64,000 nucleotides of DNA from a bacterium. Its GTDB lineage: Bacteria; Patescibacteriota; Minisyncoccia; Phycocordibacterales; UBA2100. Under the pieces are notes generated by a model that had not been told where the DNA came from, made no database searches, and saw nothing but the letters and a program-made list of their open reading frames with translations. The translations under genes and the position numbers were made by a program. The stretch is from positions 83,947-147,946 of the forward strand of contig JAUSGQ010000007.1 in assembly GCA_030674455.1 (NCBI GenBank), given 5' to 3'. Below are positions 45,102 to 54,436 of the stretch, piece after piece (positions within the stretch are counted from its first letter, which is position 1; each line of letters opens with the position of its first letter).

Positions 45102-47306
45102 CTATTCAAGCTGCGAAAGTGCTTTAATAAGTTCTGCCGACCAGCGGTAAATATTGTATTCGCGGACTGAAGCGCGCATCGTTTTCATGCGGCGGTGCTG
45201 TTCCGTCTTCGGCATCGAGAGCGCCGTGTGAAGCGCGGCGGAAGTTTCTTCCGCGCTATATGGATTGACCACAAGCGCGCCTTTGAGGTCTCGAGACGCC
45301 CCCGCAAACTGGCTAATGACCAGTACTCCTGATTCATCGCGCCTTGCGGCCGCAAATTCTTTGGCGACGAGGTTCATGCCGTCATGCAGAGAGGTGACAA
45401 GGCATACGTCGGCGAGCTGATAGAGGTTGCGAAGCTCCGCGTGGCTATAACTGCGTCGTTCAAGGATAATCGGCTTCCAGTCCTTGGTACCGAATTTCTC
45501 GTTTATCCTCTCGGATTCGGCAACGACCCTTTGGGCGTACTCGCGGAACATACCGACCGATTCGCGCGTGGGAGACCCTATTTGCAGAAGCGTGGTCGTG
45601 CCTCGGTATTCTGCATGGCCGTCCAGAAGAAATTCAAACCCTTTGAAGCGCTCCGGTATGCCTTTGATGTAGTCTAGCCGGTCGACTCCGAGTATAAGGT
45701 TGCCGCGTATCTTTAGTTTAACCAATATGTTTCTATCGGGCGTCTCGCTCGGCTCGGCATTGCCAGGATATGCGATGGATATCGGGAACGGCTTCACGAA
45801 AGTGCGGTGGGCTTCGCGAAAAATAGAGAAGTGCTCGTAGTCTATGCGCGATTCGACTTCGCTCGCGACCGTGTCCATGAAATTGTTGCAGTTTTGCTGA
45901 GTATGAAATCCCATTAGGTCCGCGCCGAGCATTCCCTCAAGTATCTCCTTTCGCCACGGGCAGATGTTGAATTGAGTGGCCGACGGCCAGGGAATATGCC
46001 AGAACATCGCTACCTGCGCGTCGGGACGGCTCTTTTTGATGAGCGCAGGCACGAGAGCCAGATGATAGTCTTGCACGAGTACTATAGGGTGCTCAACATG
46101 GCGTATTTCCTCAAGAAGCGTCTTCGCGAAGAGGCCGTTCACTTTGCGATACGCAAGCCAGTCCTCTTTCCGAAATTGCGGCCGCACATGAGCCATGTGG
46201 CATAGCGGCCAGAGCGCCTCGTTAGAGAAACCGTTGTAGTATCCCTTGGCGTCTTTGGGAGAGACCCAAACGCGCTTCAGCGTATATTTCGGCTCTTCTG
46301 GCGGGACACTAAGCTTCCCATCCGCACCAGCGGTTTCTCTGTCGGCAGCGCCGCTGCCATGGGCAATCCACATGCCTCCGCACGCCTCCATTACCGGTTC
46401 CATCGCTGTGATGACTCCGCCTGCTGGCGTTGTCCACTTGACCTCGCCCCTCACCTTGGTGTTCACATACGGTTCTCCATTGGAAAGAATGAATATCGGC
46501 CTGTCTTTGAGATGCGCTTTTATAAATTCCTTGAGGCGCTCGGCTGTCCATGGCGAATCCAGTTTTTCCAGACGCATCCGTGCTTCTTCGCTCGCCACTC
46601 GCCGCGCTTGGCGCAGACTCGTTGTAACTTTGGAAATTTCACCTGCGAGCGGTTCAAAGAAACTTGAACTCGGTGCCGTGTCGACTTCGGAATCGCCTTT
46701 GCGCACCGCCTTGAGCGACTCGACCATCTTGGAGATAGCTTGGGAAAAAACCCATCGCACCAGGACAAAGATAGCGGCTGAAAAAATCAGTAGAAGGAAT
46801 AGCAGACGAATAATGTTGTCTTTCCAAATGAGGCGAATGTTTTCGTCGATGTATGTAGCGTTCTGCGCGACAGCGAGAGCTCCAACGACTCGCTCGTCTT
46901 CGTGGAGCGGTATCACATGTACATAGTAGGTACCGTCGTTGCGGCGAATGAACTCTCCTCCGGCTTCGTCGCTATCCATCGCCGTTGCTACAAGTTTGCC
47001 ATCTTTCGTAATCGGCATGTCTAAAGACCCCGCGACTAGGACTCCCGAACTGTTAAAAACGCTAATGCCCGCAAGTCGTTCGCTGCTGACAAACCTATCG
47101 ATTATCCTTTGCACAGTGCTCGTCGCACGCGTGTTGTATGACGGCTCAATGCTTTCCGCAAGACTGTCCGCCAATACCTGGCTTCGGGATTGCATGCGCG
47201 AGGTAAGCTCAAGCTTTGCCTGATTGGCTTGGCTCATCGCGAAATACCCCGCAATGAGAATTACAACCAGAACGGCGCTACCCGCGATCTGTAGGACCTG
47301 CTTCAT
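45102..47306 (-). CDS. otsA: Trehalose-6-phosphate synthase with N-terminal TM-sensor-TM-HAMP-like extension
   Basis: GT20 motifs [37 protein letters not shown] and [10 protein letters not shown]; two TM helices in the first 190 aa. Confidence 0.93.
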   Translation of the reverse strand: MKQVLQIAGSAVLVVILIAGYFAMSQANQAKLELTSRMQSRSQVLADSLAESIEPSYNTRATSTVQRIIDRFVSSERLAGISVFNSSGVLVAGSLDMPITKDGKLVATAMDSDEAGGEFIRRNDGTYYVHVIPLHEDERVVGALAVAQNATYIDENIRLIWKDNIIRLLFLLLIFSAAIFVLVRWVFSQAISKMVESLKAVRKGDSEVDTAPSSSFFEPLAGEISKVTTSLRQARRVASEEARMRLEKLDSPWTAERLKEFIKAHLKDRPIFILSNGEPYVNTKVRGEVKWTTPAGGVITAMEPVMEACGGMWIAHGSGAADRETAGADGKLSVPPEEPKYTLKRVWVSPKDAKGYYNGFSNEALWPLCHMAHVRPQFRKEDWLAYRKVNGLFAKTLLEEIRHVEHPIVLVQDYHLALVPALIKKSRPDAQVAMFWHIPWPSATQFNICPWRKEILEGMLGADLMGFHTQQNCNNFMDTVASEVESRIDYEHFSIFREAHRTFVKPFPISIAYPGNAEPSETPDRNILVKLKIRGNLILGVDRLDYIKGIPERFKGFEFLLDGHAEYRGTTTLLQIGSPTRESVGMFREYAQRVVAESERINEKFGTKDWKPIILERRSYSHAELRNLYQLADVCLVTSLHDGMNLVAKEFAAARRDESGVLVISQFAGASRDLKGALVVNPYSAEETSAALHTALSMPKTEQHRRMKTMRASVREYNIYRWSAELIKALSQLE

Positions 47307-47368
47307 TCGTAAATAATACCCGTTGTATTGATTAAATCCAGAGTGTTAAGAACCAGCCAATGAGCCGG

Positions 47369-50002
47369 CTAGCTTGCAAATCCTCGCGGCGCCAGTTGCC
47401 GTTTACGGCGAAAGAACCATTTTCCTAATTCTATCAAAGCTATGTTCAATACGCCCACCCCGACAACACCCAATAGCCAAGTGCCCGGCAAAGCTACCGT
47501 ATCAAACAATATCTGCAGGAACGGAACATACACGGCGGCTCCCATAAGAACAAAACCGATGAGCACTCCTACGATGAGAAAATGATTAGAGAAAAACGGG
47601 TATCTGAAAATGCTATTGTCCAAGCTCCTTACGGAAAATGCCAAGAATAGTGAGTAGCTTCCAAAACTTGCGAAAATGAATGTCCGCACCACATCTGCAG
47701 GAAAGCCGATCTCAAGCAACAGCCAATACAAACCGAACAGGAATGCGCTCGTTGAGAGTCCAATAAATATAATCAGAAATTTCATCAGCGGGTTAAAGAG
47801 TTCTACCGCATGGTCTCGCCGGCGAACAACAAGACCGCCCCCATCTCTCTCGAATGCGAACGCAATCGCAGGGAAACTGTCTGAAAAGAAATTTACCCAA
47901 AGAATTTGCAGCGCGTTCATAGGCAGGGCAATGCCGGTTACTATCGAACCGCCGATGAGGATCAGCGCGTCGGCCACGCTCGACAAAAGGTATACAAGCA
48001 CCTTGCGTATATTGTTCATTATCTGCCTCCCCTCTTCGACGGCGGCCGCAATCGTTTCAAAATTGTCATCCAATAATACGAGGTCTGCAACATCGCGTGT
48101 TACTGCGGTGCCTGAACCCATGGCTATACCGATATCAGCCCGCTTTATGCTTGGGGCGTCATTTACCCCGTCGCCTGTCATGGCAACTACCTCGCCAGCC
48201 TCTTGGAAAGCCTTAACAATCCTCAATTTATCCAAAGGAGAAACGCGCGAGATTACACTGAGAGCGGGCAATCTCTTTTGCAAATCCTCATCCGACAACA
48301 GGCGCAATTCCGCGGCGTCGAGTACTCCGCCTTCGCCGACGCGGAGCCCTACTTCGCGCGCGATAGCGAGAGCTGTACCGCGATGGTCGCCGCTCATTAC
48401 GACTACCCGTATACCGGCTGATTCAACATCGCGGATTGCCTGCTTTACCGTTACGCGAATGGGGTCGCGCAATGTTATCAAGCCCTCAAAGGATAGGTCT
48501 TCCAGCTCTAAATCTTTTGAAAAATCAAAGTCTTTTGATTCAGCTACGATTTTTGTCGCAACACCGATGACGCGCTCTCCTGATTCCGCCAATGTATCGA
48601 CAGTCGCAAGCACTCTCTCGCGCTCTCCGGCGACGAGTGTTGAGCGATTAATGAATATGTCAGGCGCGCCGACGAACACCAGAATATTCTTGCCGTTCTG
48701 GTGAACGAGCGAAACCGAAAATTTATTCACCGCATTGAACGGAAGAGTACCTATCACAATGGTCTTGTTTTTTACATCGGACGCCAGTATTCCGCGAAGT
48801 GCGGCTGATTGAACCAGCGTAGTCTCCAGAATCCGGCCGGACATTTTCCATTTATTCGGCGGATCTTCCTGATTTTCTATTACAACGCTCGTGTTGATGA
48901 GCGCCATCTCAAGAAGCGCTTCTTCGCTCGTGCCCCCAGCTGGCAATAGTTTGCTTAATTTCATTTTCGCCATTGTCAGAGTTCCGGTTTTATCAGTTAG
49001 GATTACCGACGTACTCCCCAAAGCCTCGGCTGCAACAAGCTTTCTCACCACGCCTTTCCGCCGCGCCATGCGCTGAACTCCTGTCGCGAGAATGACGGTC
49101 ATTGCGACGGGCAGTCCTTCGGGAACGGCTGAAACAGCAATGGCCACGGCCATCAGAAACATATCTATGCGAGAATGTCCGAGATAAATGCCGGCGGCAA
49201 AGATAATTACCGTGAGAACCGCCAAGGAAATACCGGCGCGTATGCTGAACCGCCGTATTGCACCCTGCAAGGGAGTCTCTTCTCTCCGCGCCTCGGCTAC
49301 CAACTCCGCAATCTTGCCGATCTCCGTCGAGAAGTCCGTGCGGCAAACAATCGCCGTTGCGACGCCCTGCGTCACCAATGTTCCTGCAAATACCATGGAT
49401 TTCTGGTCTGCTAGACCCACTTCCAGACCTACCGAATCTGTCGATTTCACGACGGGGAGAGATTCACCCGTAAGTACAGCTTCGTCGATCTGCACATCAT
49501 TCGCGTACACGAGACGTCCATCGGCGGGCACTCTATCGCCTTGCGAGATACGTATCACATCTCCAGGCACGAGGTACTCGGCATCAATTTCGTACTCCCT
49601 TCCGTTTCTCTGTACGCGCGCGCGCTGTTTTAAATACGTTTTTAGTTCGGATATAGCTTTATCGGCCTTATACTCCTGATAAAATCCGAGTGCGCTATTC
49701 ACGAGAACGGCCGCAAAAATAAATATTGCATCGCGAAGATGGTCTATAAAAATGGTCACAAAGCCGGCAAACAACAGCATCAAAATCAAAGGACTCTTGA
49801 ACTGGTTTGCAAGTATATAAAAAATCGAAGTGTCTTCTATTCTTTCAATGATATTCCTGCCGAATATCCTCAACCTCTTCGCAGCCTCCTCTTTAGAAAG
49901 TCCGCTTTGAATGTCCGTTTCCAGTAATCCAACCACCTCGGAATCGGATAATGACCAGAAGGGCTTTTTTTGTATTTCAGTCGCGAGCTTCTGATGCATC
50001 AT
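47369..50002 (-). CDS. Cation-transporting P-type ATPase (type II)
   Basis: TGES, PEGL, DKTGTLT and MTGDGVNDAP motifs. Confidence 0.96.
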   Translation of the reverse strand: MMHQKLATEIQKKPFWSLSDSEVVGLLETDIQSGLSKEEAAKRLRIFGRNIIERIEDTSIFYILANQFKSPLILMLLFAGFVTIFIDHLRDAIFIFAAVLVNSALGFYQEYKADKAISELKTYLKQRARVQRNGREYEIDAEYLVPGDVIRISQGDRVPADGRLVYANDVQIDEAVLTGESLPVVKSTDSVGLEVGLADQKSMVFAGTLVTQGVATAIVCRTDFSTEIGKIAELVAEARREETPLQGAIRRFSIRAGISLAVLTVIIFAAGIYLGHSRIDMFLMAVAIAVSAVPEGLPVAMTVILATGVQRMARRKGVVRKLVAAEALGSTSVILTDKTGTLTMAKMKLSKLLPAGGTSEEALLEMALINTSVVIENQEDPPNKWKMSGRILETTLVQSAALRGILASDVKNKTIVIGTLPFNAVNKFSVSLVHQNGKNILVFVGAPDIFINRSTLVAGERERVLATVDTLAESGERVIGVATKIVAESKDFDFSKDLELEDLSFEGLITLRDPIRVTVKQAIRDVESAGIRVVVMSGDHRGTALAIAREVGLRVGEGGVLDAAELRLLSDEDLQKRLPALSVISRVSPLDKLRIVKAFQEAGEVVAMTGDGVNDAPSIKRADIGIAMGSGTAVTRDVADLVLLDDNFETIAAAVEEGRQIMNNIRKVLVYLLSSVADALILIGGSIVTGIALPMNALQILWVNFFSDSFPAIAFAFERDGGGLVVRRRDHAVELFNPLMKFLIIFIGLSTSAFLFGLYWLLLEIGFPADVVRTFIFASFGSYSLFLAFSVRSLDNSIFRYPFFSNHFLIVGVLIGFVLMGAAVYVPFLQILFDTVALPGTWLLGVVGVGVLNIALIELGKWFFRRKRQLAPRGFAS

Positions 50003-50562
50003 AGTGCTTTCGCGATTGAACCTATCAGTAATATGCCGAGACCGTTGAACATGAAGGAAAGAGGGATGAACCAGTACATCCTCACTTTAGAGAAACCCAG
50101 AAGACTAATGCCCAGCTCATCAGGCAACGGAGAGGCAATAATTAGCCCTGCAATCACAAACGTAAACCACCTGATAAATCTAAGGTGGAGAAACGCGCTT
50201 ACCTTTCTTCCCGCGCGCCAGTGTCCGGCCAATTCCATCAAATGCTTTGAGAATCTGTCGCGTATAAAGCGAAAGATTATCAGGTCGCCAAATACTGCAC
50301 CCATACCTCCAAAAATAGCCGTCAAAAATATCGAGTTGGCATTGGCAATCTCGCCAAGAGCAACGATTGCCGGAGCAGTCGTAAAAACAGACGTGAAGAA
50401 CATACCGGCGATAAAACTACCGAGCAGTTCCCGCTCTTGCGTGGCTGTCAAGATTTCTATTAATATCTCCGTTTTTACCAGAACAACGGCAACAAAAATG
50501 CTTAACGCAATAACACATAAATCGCGCAGCAAGAAATTCCCCCCCACCCTTTTCTTTTTCAT
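49999..50562 (-). CDS. Membrane protein of unknown function
   Basis: Multi-TM; ASPLPDELG; ATGA overlap with the ATPase start. Confidence 0.8.
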   Translation of the reverse strand: MKKKRVGGNFLLRDLCVIALSIFVAVVLVKTEILIEILTATQERELLGSFIAGMFFTSVFTTAPAIVALGEIANANSIFLTAIFGGMGAVFGDLIIFRFIRDRFSKHLMELAGHWRAGRKVSAFLHLRFIRWFTFVIAGLIIASPLPDELGISLLGFSKVRMYWFIPLSFMFNGLGILLIGSIAKAL

Positions 50563-50618
50563 GGATGCAATAACCTTAGCAAAGAAGGAGAATTGTTACA
50601 GGCACGGCTGTGTATTGC

Positions 50619-51869
50619 TCATTGGCCGAGAAGCATTTCGACTGCTTTGTCCATCTGCGGGTCTTTCTCCGCTTTCGCGTCTTCTTCCGTCATTTTTACT
50701 TCCACATCCGGAACAATTCCGGTTGTCGGGATTTGTTTTCCATCCGGTGCAAGCCACCTTGCAATCGTCAACTTAAGCGACGTGTCGGCTGTTATATCTA
50801 TAAGCTCCTGCACGGACCCTTTGCCGAATGTTGGTTCACCGACAAGTTTGGCTTTTCCGTAGTGGCGAAGCGCTTCAGAGAGAATCTCTGAAGCCGAGGC
50901 GGAGCCGCGGTTTACGAGAATAACCATCTTTAATTTATCCGTAAAAATATCGTAGCCGCGAGAACGATGCACGATGTTTTGCGCATTGCCGGCATAATCC
51001 TCGGTAACGATCACCTTCCCTATCGGCAGAAACCAGCTGGCCATATCCACCGCAGACTCAAGGTATCCTCCGGGATTCCCGCGCATATCGATAATGAGGC
51101 GCGAATTACCCGACTGAATGAATTTTCGCAAGCTGCTCCTGAAAAGATCGGAGGAATTTGCGGTAAAGCTCATCACCGATATTACGAACACTCCGTTAGA
51201 TAGCGTCTTTGTCTCAATTGCCGGAACGTTTATCACCCCGCGCGTTACTTTAATTTCTTTTGCCGCAGGCCAGCCGTCGCGAAGAATCGTCAAGACAACC
51301 TCGCTTCCCCCAGGTCCGCGGATTTTCTTGACCGCCGCAGATATATCGATTCCCTTCGTGTCGACGCCGTCAATTTTCAGGACTTTATCCCCGCTTTTGA
51401 TACCAGCTTTTTCCGCAGGTGAACCCTTTAGCGGAGACACAACAGTGAGAATTTGGTCGCGCACGGCGATTTCCATGCCCACGCCCTCGAAACTGCCGCT
51501 CATGTCGTCGGTAAAAAGCTTGGTATCGCTCGGCGGAAGAAAGTACGTATAGGGGTCATTAAGAGATGCGGCCAATCCCGCGACCATGCCCCACACTTTG
51601 TCCAGATTTGCTTCCTCAGTGCTTGTCGCGATAGGCGTACTCGTTGCCACCGATGCCGGTACGAACTTCTCGTCTATGATGTTCCACGCTTTCCAAACAG
51701 GTGAAAAATCCACACCTGCGGGCGGCTCCGCAGATAAGACCGCGGAATTTACTGTCGGAAAATCGCGGATACCGATGGCATATCCGGATGCAGCACCGAG
51801 CGCAACAAAAACGACAGCGCCCACAACGGCATGCCGCATGCTTATACCATCCTTTCCCTCATCAATCAT
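50619..51869 (-). CDS. ctpA: C-terminal processing protease (S41, PDZ)
   Basis: DPYT, PDZ domain, DMRGNPGG, SASASEI and FGKGSVQ. Confidence 0.94.
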   Translation of the reverse strand: MIDEGKDGISMRHAVVGAVVFVALGAASGYAIGIRDFPTVNSAVLSAEPPAGVDFSPVWKAWNIIDEKFVPASVATSTPIATSTEEANLDKVWGMVAGLAASLNDPYTYFLPPSDTKLFTDDMSGSFEGVGMEIAVRDQILTVVSPLKGSPAEKAGIKSGDKVLKIDGVDTKGIDISAAVKKIRGPGGSEVVLTILRDGWPAAKEIKVTRGVINVPAIETKTLSNGVFVISVMSFTANSSDLFRSSLRKFIQSGNSRLIIDMRGNPGGYLESAVDMASWFLPIGKVIVTEDYAGNAQNIVHRSRGYDIFTDKLKMVILVNRGSASASEILSEALRHYGKAKLVGEPTFGKGSVQELIDITADTSLKLTIARWLAPDGKQIPTTGIVPDVEVKMTEEDAKAEKDPQMDKAVEMLLGQ

Positions 51870-51952
51870 CGGCGAATTATCGCATATTAGGATTGGAAGC
51901 CAAAGCTGCATTCGGCTGCTGTCGCGGCTTAGAGATACGGTATAATGTCTCA

Positions 51953-52864
51953 ATGCGCACAGACTATAAGCACAACGGTATTATGTGGATAGACCTTGAA
52001 TCGCCGACAAAAGAGGAAGTGAGCGGGATAGTCGACCAATTCGGTGTGTCAACGATGGTAGCGGAGGAGCTGCTCGTTCCTTCTATGAAGCCGCGGACGG
52101 AATTTTATGATTCTTACGTGTACGTAGTCCTGCACTTCCCTTCCCTGCGACGTTCGCACAGACCGATAGAACAGGAAATTGATTTCATTGTCGGGCGCGA
52201 TTTCATAATTACGACCCATTACGACATCGTTGACCCACTTCACAAATTTTCAAAAGTGTTTGAAGTTAATTCTCTGTTGGACAAGAGCAATATGGGCAAC
52301 CATGCGGGGTTTTTCTTTTTTTATATGCTGAAGAAGCTGTATAAAGGCGTCGAATACGAAGTTGAGCGTGTTCGCCATCATTTAAGTACTATTGAGGGAG
52401 ACATATTCACGGGACACGAGGCAGGTATGGTGGAAGTAATATCAAGGGCGGCACGGGACCTCCTGAATCTGCGACAAATTATTGAGCCTCACCGCGAAGT
52501 TTTGCGTACAATTGAAGCAGAAGGGGCGAGGCTTTTCGGTGAAGATTTCATGCCTTATTTACGCGCCTTATCCAATGATTATTACCGCGTCCACAACCAT
52601 GTCATGCGCAATACTGAATCGCTTCACGAACTTCGTGAGACCAATAATTCACTCCTTTCGACGAAAGAGAACGAAACGATGCGCGTACTTACCATCATGG
52701 CGCTTCTCACTTTCCCGCTGTCGCTTCTCGTGGCGATAATGGAAATCGACAGTGTTTACAACCCCATCAAAGGTCAGCCGTACGATTTTTGGATCGTCGT
52801 AGGTATTGTTCTTTTGCTCGGTTCGTCCATGATCGCATACTTCAAGCACAGAAAGTGGTTCTAA
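51953..52864 (+). CDS. corA: CorA-family divalent cation transporter
   Basis: WIDLESPT, NETMRVLT and two C-terminal TM helices; the GMN signature is degenerate (IMEID). Confidence 0.85.
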   Translation: MRTDYKHNGIMWIDLESPTKEEVSGIVDQFGVSTMVAEELLVPSMKPRTEFYDSYVYVVLHFPSLRRSHRPIEQEIDFIVGRDFIITTHYDIVDPLHKFSKVFEVNSLLDKSNMGNHAGFFFFYMLKKLYKGVEYEVERVRHHLSTIEGDIFTGHEAGMVEVISRAARDLLNLRQIIEPHREVLRTIEAEGARLFGEDFMPYLRALSNDYYRVHNHVMRNTESLHELRETNNSLLSTKENETMRVLTIMALLTFPLSLLVAIMEIDSVYNPIKGQPYDFWIVVGIVLLLGSSMIAYFKHRKWF

Positions 52865-52872
52865 AATCCTTC

Positions 52873-54378
52873 ATGGGCATTCCATTCATTAAAAAGTTGT
52901 GGAACAGAGTATCGGGAAAGCCCGCTCTCTTTTTCTACAACACCCTCGGTGCCTCAAAGCAGGAATTTACTCTGCCTCCCCCGGCAAGAACCGTTCGTAT
53001 GTACAACTGCGGGCCGACCGTATACGACGTCCAGCATATAGGCAATCTTTCCATGTTCGTTTTTACCGACACGCTGCGGAAAGTACTCGAATACAATAAT
53101 TATTCGGTCAAGCAAGTCATCAACATTACCGACGTGGGCCATCTGACTTCAGACAGTGACGAGGGCGAAGACAAGATGACCAAGGGCATTGAGCGCGAAG
53201 GGCTCGAGATGACGCTTGAGAATATGCTGAGCCTCGGGGAGAGATATACAGGGATATTTCTGCAAGATCTGACTAATCTCGATATCCCTATTGATAAGAT
53301 CAAGTTCCCGCGGGCGAGCGAGTACATCAAAGCACAAGTGGCGATGATAGCGACTCTTATTGAGAAAGAATTCGCGTATCGCACTTCTGACGGAGTCTAT
53401 TTTGATACCTCTCGATACCCGGCCTATGGAGCCCTCGGAGGATTACACTCGGAAGCCCAAATTGAAGGAGCGCGGATAGCCGCAAATAGAAACAAGCGCA
53501 ACCAGGCAGATTTTGCTTTATGGAAGCTCTCCTCCAGAGGAGGATCCGCCTCCGGCGGAAATATATCAGGCTGGGATAGCCCCTGGGGAAAGGGTTTTCC
53601 CGGCTGGCACATCGAGTGCTCGGCAATGGCACGCGCCGAACTCGGGCAACAAATCGACATTCACACCGGCGGTATCGAGCACATCTCAATACATCACAAC
53701 AACGAAATCGCGCAATCAGAATGTGCGACAGGGCGAAAGCCATTTTCAAGGTTCTGGATGCACCGTGCCCATATACAGATAGACTCTAAGAAAATATCAA
53801 AATCGCTTGGTAACGTTTTATATTTATCAGACATAACCGCTCGCGGGTTACATCCCTTGTCTTTCCGCTATTTGCTTTTGGGAGCGCATTACCGCACACC
53901 TCTTAATTTTACGTGGGCAGCCCTTGCCTCCTCAGAAAAAGCATTTCTCCGGTTGCGCATGATCGCCGACAGTTACCCCGCAGGCGGCAACGTGCCTAAG
54001 CAATATAAAAAGCGATTTCATAAACGCGTCAATGATGATGTGGATACCGCCGGCGCTCTCGCCGTAATTTGGGAAATGGTAAAGGATAATTCGTTGTCTC
54101 GCGCGGACGTCCGCGCCGGTATTTTGGATGTAGACAAAGTGCTTGGACTGAATCTTGCGGGCACTGATGAGAAAGCGACTGCCGCGTGTATTAAACTCTT
54201 TGGCAAGAAGGTTGAGATTGAGCAGTTGCCCGAAAATGTGCGGACAATGATAGATGAAAGAAATGTCGCGCGAGAAAAGAAGGAATGGGAACAAGCCGAC
54301 CTATTGCGCAAGAATATTGAGAACATGGGGTATATTCTGGAAGACACGGGGACAGAAACGATAATTTTCAAGAAATAA
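52873..54378 (+). CDS. cysS: Cysteinyl-tRNA synthetase
   Basis: CGPTVY, HIGN, DFALWK, PGWHIECSAM and KISKS. Confidence 0.98.
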   Translation: MGIPFIKKLWNRVSGKPALFFYNTLGASKQEFTLPPPARTVRMYNCGPTVYDVQHIGNLSMFVFTDTLRKVLEYNNYSVKQVINITDVGHLTSDSDEGEDKMTKGIEREGLEMTLENMLSLGERYTGIFLQDLTNLDIPIDKIKFPRASEYIKAQVAMIATLIEKEFAYRTSDGVYFDTSRYPAYGALGGLHSEAQIEGARIAANRNKRNQADFALWKLSSRGGSASGGNISGWDSPWGKGFPGWHIECSAMARAELGQQIDIHTGGIEHISIHHNNEIAQSECATGRKPFSRFWMHRAHIQIDSKKISKSLGNVLYLSDITARGLHPLSFRYLLLGAHYRTPLNFTWAALASSEKAFLRLRMIADSYPAGGNVPKQYKKRFHKRVNDDVDTAGALAVIWEMVKDNSLSRADVRAGILDVDKVLGLNLAGTDEKATAACIKLFGKKVEIEQLPENVRTMIDERNVAREKKEWEQADLLRKNIENMGYILEDTGTETIIFKK

Positions 54379-54387
54379 CGGAGTTTA

Positions 54388-54429
54388 TCAAAACATTCCA
54401 ACATTCTCAAGAATGTTGGAATGTTTTGA
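54388..54429. repeat. 42-bp palindrome between convergent cysS and leuS (possible bidirectional terminator)
   Basis: TCAAAACATTCCAACATTCT-CA-AGAATGTTGGAATGTTTTGA. Confidence 0.9.
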
Positions 54430-54436
54430 CGGCATT

